Origin: Candidatus Magasanikiibacteriota bacterium
GTDB taxonomy: Bacteria; Patescibacteriota; Patescibacteriia; Magasanikbacterales; GWA2-37-8
Assembly (NCBI GenBank): GCA_023246655.1
Contig: JAHFHX010000003.1
Location: forward strand, 24,875 to 88,874
Direction: 5' to 3'
Length of the DNA: 64,000 bases
Shown: positions 9,448 to 20,050 of the stretch, in pieces
How positions within the stretch are numbered: position 1 is the first letter of the stretch
How the letters are laid out: the number at the start of each line of letters is the position of its first letter
Notes under the pieces: model-generated
Told to the model about the DNA's origin: nothing
Database searches by the model: none
What the model saw: only the letters and a program-made list of their open reading frames with translations
Translations under genes and position numbers: made by a program

Positions 9448-11163
9448 TTATTCCGCCACTCGAAATATTTCCTCCACGGTTGTAATCTTATCAAGAGCCT
9501 TAAGGAGCCCATCCTGTGCCATCGTTACCATCCCGTCCTTTACGGCTAATTCCTGAATGATATATTCCGAAACGTTGCTACTTAAAATAACCTGTTCAAT
9601 CTCTTTGGTCATAATAAAAATTTCATAAATACTTATTCGCCCTTTGTACCCAAGACCGCTACATACCGAGCACCCAGCACCGCGATAAAAATGTAAATCA
9701 TTAAAATTAAGTTTGGTTTTCTCTTCCGTTGGTAGAGCCTGTAAAATATTCACAACGCGCTCTAATTGTTCCGTTGGCAACACGGCTTCTTCGCGGCACG
9801 CCTCACAAATGCGACGCACCAACCGCTGACCAATAACGGAATTTAACGCCGGTGCAAGCAAAAATGATTTAACTCCCATCGACAAAAACCGCGGAATGGC
9901 ACCGGCCGCACTATTGGTATGAATAGTGGACAACATTAAATGCCCAGTAAGCGCCGCCTGAATAGAAATTTCGGCGGTCTCTAAATCACGAATTTCACCC
10001 ACCATACAAATATCAGGGTCTTGGCGCAGAATACTTCTCAAACCCTTAGCAAACGTATAATCATGGCTTGCATCTACCTGGCTCTGGTTCACCCCCTCCA
10101 TCTTAATTTCAATGGGATCTTCTAAGGTGATAATTTTTACCCCGGGCTTGTTAAGAAGACGAAGAATAGCATACATGGTGGTGGTTTTTCCAGACCCAGT
10201 AGGACCAGTAGTAATAATCATACCATTGGGTCGCTCAATCTCGCGGCGCAGGCGCTCATATGCCATCCCGCGAAGACCCAAATCATCAAAGGTCACAACA
10301 TGACTACCGCTATACAAAATTCTCATCACCACACTTTCTCCGTGAATCGTCGGCATAGTAGAAACACGGACGTCAATACTACTTGATGTTAGTTTTAAGG
10401 TGACCCGTCCATCCTGAGGACGGTCGGTAACATTAATTTTAAGAGCGGCCACTAGCTTAATTCGAGAAATAAATCGTTTCCACTGTTCCTTAGGAAGACG
10501 CGCCACTTCATGAAGGACACCGTCAATACGATATCGCATCACAATCCCGCCTTCTTCCGCCTCCACATGAATATCGGTGGCATTTATTTTAAGTGCTGCA
10601 GCAATCATGAGCGTTAAGATATCACTCATGGTTACGGATTGAAACGCCTCTTCCAAACTTTTTAAATTATCAATGCCGCCTTCGTAACGAGCCAATTCTT
10701 CATCAGTAATAATTACATCCTTACTCACGGATTTGACAATGGGCAAATTAGCATACAATGCTAACACCCGCTCTAAGCTGTGCTCGGAAATAAAGTACAG
10801 TTGCGTTTGGGCATGGTGGCGTTCACCCAGTTGATACACCAGCTCCTCGACTTCCGGACGCGGCTCAACAGTACCAAGCCGCATCTCTTCCGGCGTAAAA
10901 TAAAAACAGATCGTTCCATTTTCGCGAGCGATCTCCTCAGGAATAACTTTCAGCGCTTCCGAGGAAACGGGGAAAGTTGCCAGATCAATGTACGGAAGCT
11001 GAGAGCGGGCCGCTTGCGCGGCTGCGAGCTGCTCTTTCTCCTGAGTGGTAATCTGCTCCATCTTATGAGAAAATTTGGCCTGGACACCACTTGGTCCACC
11101 GCTCACCGGTTTCGCTGACGCTCCGCTGCCAGCCAAATCTTTTATCGAAGGAAAATCGGACAT
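9448..11163 (-). CDS. pilB: Type IV pilus assembly / T2SS ATPase, GspE/PilB family
   Basis: TDIHVE, PQDGR, GPTGSGKTTT, LRQDPD, GEIRD, TGHLMLSTIH, CxxC...CxxC zinc motif. Confidence 0.9.
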   Translation of the reverse strand: MSDFPSIKDLAGSGASAKPVSGGPSGVQAKFSHKMEQITTQEKEQLAAAQAARSQLPYIDLATFPVSSEALKVIPEEIARENGTICFYFTPEEMRLGTVEPRPEVEELVYQLGERHHAQTQLYFISEHSLERVLALYANLPIVKSVSKDVIITDEELARYEGGIDNLKSLEEAFQSVTMSDILTLMIAAALKINATDIHVEAEEGGIVMRYRIDGVLHEVARLPKEQWKRFISRIKLVAALKINVTDRPQDGRVTLKLTSSSIDVRVSTMPTIHGESVVMRILYSGSHVVTFDDLGLRGMAYERLRREIERPNGMIITTGPTGSGKTTTMYAILRLLNKPGVKIITLEDPIEIKMEGVNQSQVDASHDYTFAKGLRSILRQDPDICMVGEIRDLETAEISIQAALTGHLMLSTIHTNSAAGAIPRFLSMGVKSFLLAPALNSVIGQRLVRRICEACREEAVLPTEQLERVVNILQALPTEEKTKLNFNDLHFYRGAGCSVCSGLGYKGRISIYEIFIMTKEIEQVILSSNVSEYIIQELAVKDGMVTMAQDGLLKALDKITTVEEIFRVAE

Positions 11164-11280
11164 ATGAATTTATTCTCGCGTGAATTTCTTTCGCAAGAAA
11201 TTCATCCCGACTTAGTCGGGAAAGATTCCTTTAAAATATGCTGCAATGAATTGAAAATTATAAAATTGTTTATAGGCAAA

Positions 11281-12234
11281 CTACTGCATTCGAAACAATT
11301 TCCTTGTATGATGAATGATCCTACTCCCGATGCCTTCATGATGCATCTTCATAAATAAATATATCCAAGCACTGGTAGTAAAGGCGTTAAAAATCGCGCC
11401 GACCAAAGCCGCTACAGCAATGAGTAGAAAAAAATATAAAACCACCGCCACCGTAACAAACGACATTTGTCCGGTAAATCCAGCAGTAAGAGCGAGCAAG
11501 GAAGATGGAATAAGCGCAATAACCGAGCCAGCTGATAATGCCAGTACAATAACAAAATTTAAAATTATCAACACAATGCTCAGTTCCAAGGAAACCAAAA
11601 AATGATGATCAAATAACTGCCATGCCTGCGCCACGGCGGTTGGTATACTCCGGCGCTCCGCAATAACATAACCAAGGGCATAAATAGCCATCACAGTTAC
11701 CGTGAGAGCCAAAAGTAAACTGACTGCTACCAAACTAATAGTCAGTAAAAGCCCGCCCCACGTAGCAAGAGACACTGTGCGAAGTGTCATAAGTGTTATC
11801 ATAATAAGCACGGCTAAGAGCGCCTTCTCCAAAATATTAATTCCACATATTTCCCAAAAATGTTCCACGCCGCGCTGCCAGGCACTACGCAACGGCAAAA
11901 TAGTATGCACCTTATACCAATGAATCGCCGTAGCAATAAGTGCTCCCTCCGCACAAAGTGCCACAACAATAATAAACACAATGCCGCTTAAAATAATGCA
12001 CGTCAGCCAAATAAACCAAATAAATTCATTCAAACTGCTAATGGTAATTGTCCCCCACGATGCTGGCCACCACGGTTCCGGCGCAAAGGCGCTGTCAAGC
12101 AGATAGCCAATAAAATTCGCCAGGCCAAATTGACCCACAAACACGGCCAAAAGCCCCAGTGCCCACGTACTGCGGTGATGCCATACGAGCGTCCAAGCCC
12201 GCGTGAGCGCCCGCGTATAAGTTGGTTCATGCAT
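11281..12234 (-). CDS. Polytopic membrane protein of unknown function
   Basis: 317 aa with multiple hydrophobic helices. Confidence 0.75.
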   Translation of the reverse strand: MHEPTYTRALTRAWTLVWHHRSTWALGLLAVFVGQFGLANFIGYLLDSAFAPEPWWPASWGTITISSLNEFIWFIWLTCIILSGIVFIIVVALCAEGALIATAIHWYKVHTILPLRSAWQRGVEHFWEICGINILEKALLAVLIMITLMTLRTVSLATWGGLLLTISLVAVSLLLALTVTVMAIYALGYVIAERRSIPTAVAQAWQLFDHHFLVSLELSIVLIILNFVIVLALSAGSVIALIPSSLLALTAGFTGQMSFVTVAVVLYFFLLIAVAALVGAIFNAFTTSAWIYLFMKMHHEGIGSRIIHHTRKLFRMQ

Positions 12235-12325
12235 ATTTTAAAGACTTTATGGACTTTATAAACTTTTGACTTTAAACTATTACATAGTATACCACAAAAG
12301 CGAGGCTAATAGAAATCATTATAAC

Positions 12326-12349
12326 AAAATAGCCCCGGACGGGGCTATT
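12326..12349 (-). terminator. Intrinsic terminator after ftsH
   Basis: AATAGCCCC-GGAC-GGGGCTATT hairpin with A/T-rich flanks. Confidence 0.65.
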
Positions 12350-12374
12350 GTTTTTACCACAATTGCTGGAATAT

Positions 12375-14234
12375 TTAGACGCCATCTATCACCATCTTCT
12401 GAGGAGCAGGGCCCAGGAGAGCAATAATTTCATCTTGTTCAATCGTTTCTTTCTCCAAGAGCGCCTTTACGAGTATCTCGAGCTTCTCCCGATGTGTGTC
12501 AATCGTCTTTTTAGCTACCGCTTGCGCCTCTTCAATAAGGCGTTTCATTTCCTTATCAATTTCTTCGGCGGTTTTATCACTGTAATCGCGCTCTTCATGA
12601 ATCTCCCGACCTAAAAAGACTAGCTCCTCATGCTCGCCAAAGGTGCGAGGACCGAGCACAGTACTCATGCCATAACGGGTTACCATATCGCGAGCCAATC
12701 GCGTAGCGTTTTTCAAATCATTGGACGGACCAGTGGAAACCTGATTATCACCAAAAATTATTTTTTCCACCACATAACCACCAAGGGCCATTGCCAAATC
12801 ATCGGTAAACTGCGCTAAAGTGTGATAATGCTTGTCTTCGCTCGGCATTTTAAGAGTATAACCACCGGCTTGACCACGAGAAATAATAGAAACCTTGCGT
12901 ACTGGATCACAATTGGGCAGCATATACCCCACAATCGCATGGCCAGCTTCATGATACGCAGTCATCTTTTTGTCACGCTCAGTCATCACGCGACTTTTAC
13001 GCTCTGGCCCCAAAAGCACTTTCTCGATACTCTCTAAAACTTCACGCTCACCAACTTCGGTGCGTCCACGCCGAACAGCCAAAATGGCCGCTTCATTCAT
13101 AAGGTTGGCTAAATCGGCTCCAGAAAATCCGGGAGTACGCTCGGCAATCTTGCGAATATTTACCTCGGAAGCTAGCTTTTTGCCCTGGGCATGAATTGCC
13201 AAAATTTCCTCACGATCTTTAATATCTGGCATATCAATGACGACACGCCGATCAAACCGCCCGGGACGCAGTAACGCCGGATCGAGCACATCCGGACGAT
13301 TAGTAGCCGCCATAACAATCACACCAAGATTAGCCTCAAAGCCGTCCATCTCAACCAGAATTTGGTTAAGGGTTTGTTCGCGTTCATCGTGCCCACCACC
13401 AAGACCAGCCCCCCGCCGACGCCCCACCGCATCAATTTCATCTACAAAAACAATCGCCGGTGCTGCTTTCTTGGCTTTGGCGAATAAATCACGAACCCGT
13501 GAAGCCCCAACCCCAACAAACATCTCAACAAATTCTGAACCGCTCATGTGAAAAAAAGGAACATTAGCTTCACCAGCAACCGCCTTGGCTAAAAGGGTTT
13601 TGCCGGTCCCGGGCGACCCCATCAATAACACCCCTTTCGGGATCTTTGCCCCCATCTCCACAAATTTCTTTTGATCACGAAGAAAATCAACAACTTCTAC
13701 CAACTCTTCTTTAGCTTCTTTCGCCCCCGCCACATCGGCAAAGGTCTTGCGATCTTTATCTTCTGGTTTTACTTGACGCGGATTGCTCTGCCCAAAGCCC
13801 ATTGCTCGATTATTCATTCCTTGCACGCCGCGACTCATGAAATAGAAAAAAGCCATGATGATAATGAGGGGCAAAATTGCTGGAAGCAAATTAAATGCCC
13901 ACAGCTTCCAAGAACTTTCTTCTTGAACTTCTACGTTGAGCTGTTTACGCGCTTCATCGCTGACACCATAATTTTTTATAATGTCACCAAACGATTCTTG
14001 TGGTTCTTTCTTCACTTCCTGGCTTTTCGCCGCCTCTTCTTTCAGCTCAATCTTTAAAGTATCGCCTTGAACAATTATATTTTTTACCTGACCAGCATTT
14101 ATCTCCTCAACCATGCGGCCAACACCAATAACTTCTGGTTTAGCGCCTCCATGGCCCTTCACCAGACCCAAGGCCCCTGCAACCAAAAATAATACCAAGA
14201 AAATAATTAAAAAATTTTTAATAAAATGTCGCAT
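12375..14234 (-). CDS. ftsH: ATP-dependent zinc metalloprotease FtsH
   Basis: Two TM helices, GSPGTGKT Walker [22 protein letters not shown]. Confidence 0.98.
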   Translation of the reverse strand: MRHFIKNFLIIFLVLFLVAGALGLVKGHGGAKPEVIGVGRMVEEINAGQVKNIIVQGDTLKIELKEEAAKSQEVKKEPQESFGDIIKNYGVSDEARKQLNVEVQEESSWKLWAFNLLPAILPLIIIMAFFYFMSRGVQGMNNRAMGFGQSNPRQVKPEDKDRKTFADVAGAKEAKEELVEVVDFLRDQKKFVEMGAKIPKGVLLMGSPGTGKTLLAKAVAGEANVPFFHMSGSEFVEMFVGVGASRVRDLFAKAKKAAPAIVFVDEIDAVGRRRGAGLGGGHDEREQTLNQILVEMDGFEANLGVIVMAATNRPDVLDPALLRPGRFDRRVVIDMPDIKDREEILAIHAQGKKLASEVNIRKIAERTPGFSGADLANLMNEAAILAVRRGRTEVGEREVLESIEKVLLGPERKSRVMTERDKKMTAYHEAGHAIVGYMLPNCDPVRKVSIISRGQAGGYTLKMPSEDKHYHTLAQFTDDLAMALGGYVVEKIIFGDNQVSTGPSNDLKNATRLARDMVTRYGMSTVLGPRTFGEHEELVFLGREIHEERDYSDKTAEEIDKEMKRLIEEAQAVAKKTIDTHREKLEILVKALLEKETIEQDEIIALLGPAPQKMVIDGV

Positions 14235-14281
14235 AATAATTTAGAGAGATCCTTAATTTCGTATCACTATCCTTTTATCCT

Positions 14282-15469
14282 TTAACCAGCGACCTCTTTT
14301 GTTTCTTCATTCTTACTTTCGTTCTTTTCTTCTACTTGAGCTGCCGCCATTGCTTTCGCCTCGCTCTTAGCTACTCCACGCGCCCGCTTACCTTTAACTC
14401 CAGCGAGCTTTAATCCCAAGCGATGTTCGGCGGGTTCGAGCGATACTATTTCAAACTCCAATTCTTGACCAAGCTTAAACTTGTCACCAATATTCCCCAT
14501 GGGTTCATCCGACAATTCAGAAATATGTGCCAGCCCATGAATTTCCTTATCCAACCCTATCATGAGCCCAAACGGTTCAATCTTTAATATTTTTCCTGTG
14601 GCTTTCTCCCCTATCTTATAACGCTCTTTCACCGTCTTCCACGGATCTTCCATCGTCCGCTTAATCGACAGATAAATTTTCGAATGGTCAAGTTGGATAA
14701 TCTGAGCTTTGACTTTTTGACCAATCTTAAGCATATCTTTAGGATGATCAATACGTTGCCAAGCAATCTCGGAAATATGAATCAACCCTTCAAGACCTTC
14801 TCCAAACCGCACAAAAGCTCCAAACGCGGTGAGGGCGCTTATTTCCCCTTCCACCACATCTCCTACTTTATACGATTCCAGGACTGCCTTTTGCGAGTCC
14901 TCCCAAACCGCGCGTTCAGAAACAATCAATTTCTCCTCCGCTTCATTTACGTCAATGACTTTTACTTCGAGTTCCTGACCAACTAATTCACGCAGTTTTT
15001 CAAGAATTCTATTTTTATCACCACCAGCCACCCGTGGATAATGATCGGGGGAGAGCTGTGAAACCGGCATGAATGCTGCTAACGCCTCTACCTGTACCAT
15101 AATGCCGCCCTTATTGGCCCCTAATACCCGGCCTTTGAGGGTTAAACCATCTTTCAGCCACTGCTTCATGTTGTTCCAAGCACGTTGATACCCAGCCGTA
15201 CGGAATGAAAGTTCCATTTCGCCGTTTTCGTTTTCAAATTCTAAAACGGTCGCCTCCACCTCCGCTCCTACCTTTAGATTATTATACTCTCGAGATTCAG
15301 AAAATAACTCAGTACCACGCACCACGCCGGTCGTGAGTCCTTCAATATCAATATGTACAACGTGGCGATCTACCGCAATGACTTTGCCTTTTACTACGTC
15401 TCCTACCTTTGGAATCGCCAGCCCTTGGGCCTGAAATAGTACTTTAAAATCTTGCTCTTTATCTGACAT
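14282..15469 (-). CDS. rpsA: 30S ribosomal protein S1 (four S1 domains)
   Basis: Repeated S1 motifs (KVGDVVKG, NKGG, FGAFV, EGLIHISEI). Confidence 0.92.
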   Translation of the reverse strand: MSDKEQDFKVLFQAQGLAIPKVGDVVKGKVIAVDRHVVHIDIEGLTTGVVRGTELFSESREYNNLKVGAEVEATVLEFENENGEMELSFRTAGYQRAWNNMKQWLKDGLTLKGRVLGANKGGIMVQVEALAAFMPVSQLSPDHYPRVAGGDKNRILEKLRELVGQELEVKVIDVNEAEEKLIVSERAVWEDSQKAVLESYKVGDVVEGEISALTAFGAFVRFGEGLEGLIHISEIAWQRIDHPKDMLKIGQKVKAQIIQLDHSKIYLSIKRTMEDPWKTVKERYKIGEKATGKILKIEPFGLMIGLDKEIHGLAHISELSDEPMGNIGDKFKLGQELEFEIVSLEPAEHRLGLKLAGVKGKRARGVAKSEAKAMAAAQVEEKNESKNEETKEVAG

Positions 15470-15695
15470 ACTAAAATAAAAAAAGAAACCTTTAACCTGT
15501 CTCGACTCAGTCGAGATTAAGTGCCCTCCTCTTAAAGCGGAAGGGCTTATAACGATATGTTAGTAACGGCCATACTATACACTACACTAAGGTAAACTGT
15601 CAATACCCACATCTGCGTGAATCTTGCCATCCTACAGAAATTATGCTAAAATAATTCTACTTTTAAAGTCTTTATAGACTTTGGATTTTTATCAT

Positions 15696-16310
15696 ATGCA
15701 TATCTCCTGGCTCGGCGGCACTTGTGTTAAACTGCAAACTAAATATCAAGAAGAAGATGTTGTTGTTCTCATTGATGCTTACCGACCGACTAAGGGTGAT
15801 TTTCCGCGCAGTTTTTCTCCCACCATTGCGCTCTTCTCCACCGGAGAGGAGGATGCCGCTACCCTATCGCAAAATCCCTTTGTGCTCTCCACGTTAGGCG
15901 AAGTCGAACTCAAAGAAGTTATGATCACCACCTGGCCCGCCGCCGCGGGGACAATTGTTTTTAAAATTAACGCTGAAGGAATTTCGATAGTACACTTAGG
16001 CGTTCTTAACAAAAAACTCACGGCGGATGAAATAGAAAAAATGGGGTCGGTTGATATTTTATTCGTACCGGTTGGCGACGTTGGACGGTATTTGAACGCG
16101 GAAGACGCCGCAGCGTTGGTGACCGCACTTGAGCCACGAGTGGTTGTCCCAATTGCCTACCAATGTGACACAGACCCCACTGCCAAACCTGTAACGGAAT
16201 TTATTAAAGAGTTGGGCCTAAAACCAGATAGTACCGATAAAAAAATAATTCTTAAGAAAAAAGATTTACCACAAGAAGAGACAAAGTTGATGATATTAGA
16301 AAAATCTTAA
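15696..16310 (+). CDS. MBL-fold hydrolase-like protein (Lactamase_B_3 type) with degenerate metal motif
   Basis: MHISWLG start, IVHLG, VDILFVPVG, EPRVVVPI; no HxHxDH. Confidence 0.75.
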   Translation: MHISWLGGTCVKLQTKYQEEDVVVLIDAYRPTKGDFPRSFSPTIALFSTGEEDAATLSQNPFVLSTLGEVELKEVMITTWPAAAGTIVFKINAEGISIVHLGVLNKKLTADEIEKMGSVDILFVPVGDVGRYLNAEDAAALVTALEPRVVVPIAYQCDTDPTAKPVTEFIKELGLKPDSTDKKIILKKKDLPQEETKLMILEKS

Positions 16311-16370
16311 GACGACCTTGCGTTCACCACAAAAATTTCCACGACTGAGTTTATCCAAAATGACAAATAT

Positions 16371-16602
16371 ACGAGTTGTGCTAATTAATTTTCCCTAAAT
16401 TTGGCTCAAATACCGTTTTGTCATCCCGAGCAAGCCTTCCGCCAAAGGCGGACACAGCGCGAGGCCTGCCCGCCTCTGGCGGGAGGGATCTCTCTGTCCG
16501 TCGTTGGTTGATTGAGACAGAGATTCCTCACCCCTGCGACGGGGATTCGGAATGACAAGTGTTTTTTGGCTAAAATGAAAGAGGTTAATTAGCATAACTC
16601 GT
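16371..16602. repeat. Nested palindrome: REP-like core 16419-16557 containing CCGCC-N4-GGCGG mini-hairpins, inside an outer AT-rich inverted repeat
   Basis: TGTCATCCCGAGC...TCGGAATGACA; outer arms ACGAGTTGTGCTAATTAA / TTAATTAGCATAACTCGT. Confidence 0.85.
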
Positions 16603-16699
16603 TAATTTCAAATCAATATCAAAGCGAAAATGTCAAAATTTGACATTGATATTTTGGATTTACTTTGACATTTGTTATTTGGATTTTGTAATGCGGCTT

Positions 16700-17281
16700 A
16701 TGGTTTCTAAAAAATCTAGTCCTAAAAAATTTTCCAATCGAAAAAAGAAGTCAATAGAAAAAACCGCCCCTATGCCGAGCCTCATTTTTAGTGAGGCCAC
16801 CATTCCCCGCCCTTCGCCCATAGTAAACAAGAAAGCCACCACCGTTAATGCTGCCGATGAGAATCTGAAACTCTCTGTTCCAACCATAACCCAAGAACAA
16901 AATCAAAACTCTGAAACAAGCTTCTCGCGCTACCAAGAACGTGACCGAGTGGCACGTCGCTGGATGTGGCTTGGAGTAATTAGTTTTTCGACCATTATCT
17001 TTTTCCTATGGGGGTGGTCACTGTGGCTTAAATTTTCTCTCATGAACTGGAACCGTGGATCAGATTTTTCTTTAGTACAGCGTGCTGAACAAAATTGGAA
17101 TCAACTTTTTTCACAGCAAACACCGGAACAACTTATTATAGAACGTGACCGCGTGCAACTAAAAGAAGCACTGCGGTATATCATTAACCAAAATACACCC
17201 ACCACCACTGCTTCACCCACGACGATGGTCTCAAGCACATCGGCTATAACGACGAGCGCAGCGACTACTACAAAAAAATAA
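16700..17281 (+). CDS. Hypothetical single-pass membrane protein
   Basis: Basic N-terminus, Trp-rich TM helix, Thr-rich tail; the upstream ORF extension is repeat-derived. Confidence 0.65.
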   Translation: MVSKKSSPKKFSNRKKKSIEKTAPMPSLIFSEATIPRPSPIVNKKATTVNAADENLKLSVPTITQEQNQNSETSFSRYQERDRVARRWMWLGVISFSTIIFFLWGWSLWLKFSLMNWNRGSDFSLVQRAEQNWNQLFSQQTPEQLIIERDRVQLKEALRYIINQNTPTTTASPTTMVSSTSAITTSAATTTKK

Positions 17282-17332
17282 CCGCACAACGGCTAACGTT
17301 ACGGGTTATGCTTTATCCGTTCCACAAATATT

Positions 17333-19798
17333 ATGCAAACTAAACTCCCTATGCCAGCAGCACCAATCGGCAAACTTACCAAAGCCCCGATTGTTGATGA
17401 AGTTAAACAATCCTACTTGGAATATGCCATGAGCGTCATTATTGCCCGCGCGCTTCCTGATGTGCGCGATGGGCTTAAACCGGTGCACCGTCGTATTCTA
17501 TACGCCATGGGAAATCTGGGGTTGCGCCACACCGCCCGCTTCCGTAAATCGGCCCACGTGGTTGGTGAGGTGATGGCCAAATACCACCCGCATGGCGACA
17601 CGGCAATTTATGATTCACTGGTACGCATGGCTCAAGATTTTGCCATGCGCCACCGGCTCATTGATGGCCAAGGTAACTTTGGTTCCATGGATGGCGACAG
17701 CGCCGCCGCGATGCGCTATACCGAAGCTCGCCTCACGGCCCTGGCGGAAGAGATGCTCGCCGATATTGAAAAAAATACGGTCAATTTCATCCCCAACTAT
17801 GATGGTTCACACCAGGAACCAACCGTACTTCCCACTCAAGTCCCTAACCTGCTCCTTAACGGCACCGTTGGTATTGCTGTCGGCATGGCCACCAGTATTC
17901 CGCCTCACAATTTGGGGGAACTCTGCAACGGCGTAGTCGCGCTTATCGATAAACCAAAAACTACGATTGAGGATCTGACGGAAATGATTAAAGGCCCAGA
18001 CTTTCCAACGGGTGGCATTGTCTATGGCAAAAAAGATATTGCCACTGCTTTTGCAACTGGTCGGGGCGGCGTCGTGATGCGTGCCAAAGCCGAAATTGAA
18101 GAAACTAAAAACGGCCTTTTCCGCATTGTGGTAACCGAAATGACGTACCAAGTAAATAAGGCTGAATTGATTGAAAAAATCGCCACGCTCGTCCAAGATA
18201 AAAAAATTGAAGGCATTAAAGACATTCGTGATGAATCCAACAAAGATGGCGTACGCGTTGTCATTGAGCTGAAGAAAGATTCCTACCCCAAAAAAATTCT
18301 CAACCAACTCTACAACCATACCGATCTTCAAACCACCTTCCACTACAACATGCTCGCGCTGGTAGATGGCATTCAGCCGCGCGTTTTGAATCTCAAAAAT
18401 ATTTTAGAGGAATTTATCAAACACCGCCAAGTCGTGATTCGCCGCCGCACCGAATTTGATTTGGAAAAAAATAAAGAGCGCGCTCATATTTTGGATGGGT
18501 TAAAAATGGCACTCGATAAAATCGATTTGGTGATTAAAACTATTCGCGCGAGTAAAGATAAAGACGAAGCCAAGGTAGAACTCATGAAAAAATTCAAATT
18601 CACCGACCGGCAAACGACCGCTATTTTGGAAATGCGCCTCCAACAACTTGCTAACTTAGAACGCCAAAAAATTGAAGATGAATTAAAAGAGAAGAAAATC
18701 CTCATTAAAGAACTTGAATCCATCCTGGCTTCTGAGACAAAAATTCTTGCCATTGTTAAAAAAGAAACAACTGAACTTAAAGAAAAATTTGGCAATGATC
18801 GCAAAACCCAAATTATTGCTCACGGGGTAAAAGAATTCACTACCGAAGATTTAATTCCCAACGAGCCAACCATTGTTATGACCACCACCGACGGCTATAT
18901 TAAACGCCTCCCGCCGGATACTTTCCGCCAACAATCACGGGGTGGCAAGGGTGTCATTGGGGTGACGACCAAAGAAGACGAATCAGTGGACCAGATGCTC
19001 ACCACCAACACGCATGACAACATGCTGTTCTTTACCAACCGCGGCCGCGTGTTCCAACTCATGGCTTATGATATTCCCCAGGCCAGCCGCACCGCCAAAG
19101 GCCAGGCCCTTGTTAACTTTCTCCAACTCGCCCCCAACGAAAAAGTCACTGCGTTGCTGGCGACGAGCGACATGGAAAAATACAAATATTTAGTCATGGT
19201 AACAGGAAAAGGCACCATCAAAAAAACCGCTGTTACAGACTTTCAGAATGTTCGCCGGAGCGGCCTTATTGCTCTCAAACTCAAAGGCGATGATAATTTG
19301 GAGTGGGTCAAACCATCTATTGGGAATGATGAAATAATTCTGGCGACCAAAGGCGGCCAAGCGATCCGTTTTAAAGAGCGCGATGTACGCGAAATGGGAA
19401 GAACCGCCGCCGGCGTACGCGGCATGCGCCTAAAGAACGATGACGCCATTATTGGCATGGATATTGTTGACCCCGGAAACAAAAACTTGGAATTCTTAAC
19501 GGTTGGCGCCAATGGCCTTGGCAAATGCACGGAACTCAATGAATACAAAGTACAAGGTCGCGGTGGTTCTGGTATCAAAACAGCCGAAATCACCACTAAA
19601 ACCGGCTCTATTGTCTATGCCCGCGTTATTGATAGAAGCATCGCGAACGAACGCGACCTTATGATGATGTCAACGAAAGGCCAGGTCATCCGCCTACCAT
19701 TTAAATCCATTAATACCTCAGGACGAGCTACGCAAGGTGTGCGACTAATGCGCTTCAAAGAAGAGGGTGACAAGGTGGCCAGTGTGACGGTGATTTAG
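17333..19798 (+). CDS. gyrA: DNA gyrase subunit A
   Basis: DGLKPVHRR, YHPHGD, AAMRYTE, GyrA-box QSRGGKG, C-terminal pinwheel repeats. Confidence 0.98.
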   Translation: MQTKLPMPAAPIGKLTKAPIVDEVKQSYLEYAMSVIIARALPDVRDGLKPVHRRILYAMGNLGLRHTARFRKSAHVVGEVMAKYHPHGDTAIYDSLVRMAQDFAMRHRLIDGQGNFGSMDGDSAAAMRYTEARLTALAEEMLADIEKNTVNFIPNYDGSHQEPTVLPTQVPNLLLNGTVGIAVGMATSIPPHNLGELCNGVVALIDKPKTTIEDLTEMIKGPDFPTGGIVYGKKDIATAFATGRGGVVMRAKAEIEETKNGLFRIVVTEMTYQVNKAELIEKIATLVQDKKIEGIKDIRDESNKDGVRVVIELKKDSYPKKILNQLYNHTDLQTTFHYNMLALVDGIQPRVLNLKNILEEFIKHRQVVIRRRTEFDLEKNKERAHILDGLKMALDKIDLVIKTIRASKDKDEAKVELMKKFKFTDRQTTAILEMRLQQLANLERQKIEDELKEKKILIKELESILASETKILAIVKKETTELKEKFGNDRKTQIIAHGVKEFTTEDLIPNEPTIVMTTTDGYIKRLPPDTFRQQSRGGKGVIGVTTKEDESVDQMLTTNTHDNMLFFTNRGRVFQLMAYDIPQASRTAKGQALVNFLQLAPNEKVTALLATSDMEKYKYLVMVTGKGTIKKTAVTDFQNVRRSGLIALKLKGDDNLEWVKPSIGNDEIILATKGGQAIRFKERDVREMGRTAAGVRGMRLKNDDAIIGMDIVDPGNKNLEFLTVGANGLGKCTELNEYKVQGRGGSGIKTAEITTKTGSIVYARVIDRSIANERDLMMMSTKGQVIRLPFKSINTSGRATQGVRLMRFKEEGDKVASVTVI

Positions 19799-19880
19799 CA
19801 CGGATTATGCCGATTTTGCTTCGAGCAAAATCGAGCATCCGCGATTTCAGTCGAAACTGAAAGAGGATTATACCGGTTAC

Positions 19881-19910
19881 AAAAGACGCCTTTAGTATGG
19901 CGTCTTTTTT
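19881..19910 (+). terminator. Intrinsic terminator after gyrA
   Basis: AAAAGACGCC-loop-GGCGTCTTTTTT. Confidence 0.75.
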
Positions 19911-19964
19911 GTTGCAACTATTTTTTCTTTCACGCAAAACGTTGACCATCCTGAATTTTTAAAC

Positions 19965-20012
19965 TGTCATCCCGAACTTGTTTCGGGGTCCTGAAATAAA
20001 TTCAGGATGACA
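19965..20012. repeat. Short REP-like palindrome
   Basis: TGTCATCCCGAACTTGTTTCGGGGTCCTGAAATAAATTCAGGATGACA. Confidence 0.75.
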
Positions 20013-20050
20013 ACCGTTTGAGGCGTCCTATCTTGTTATATGTTATTGTC

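Noticed and set aside
16395-16595. Small ORFs over palindromes (also 7844-8074, 36193-36587, 30921-31163, 28904-29167)
   Set aside because: They are translations of REP-like elements, the T-box or tRNA, with no independent coding evidence
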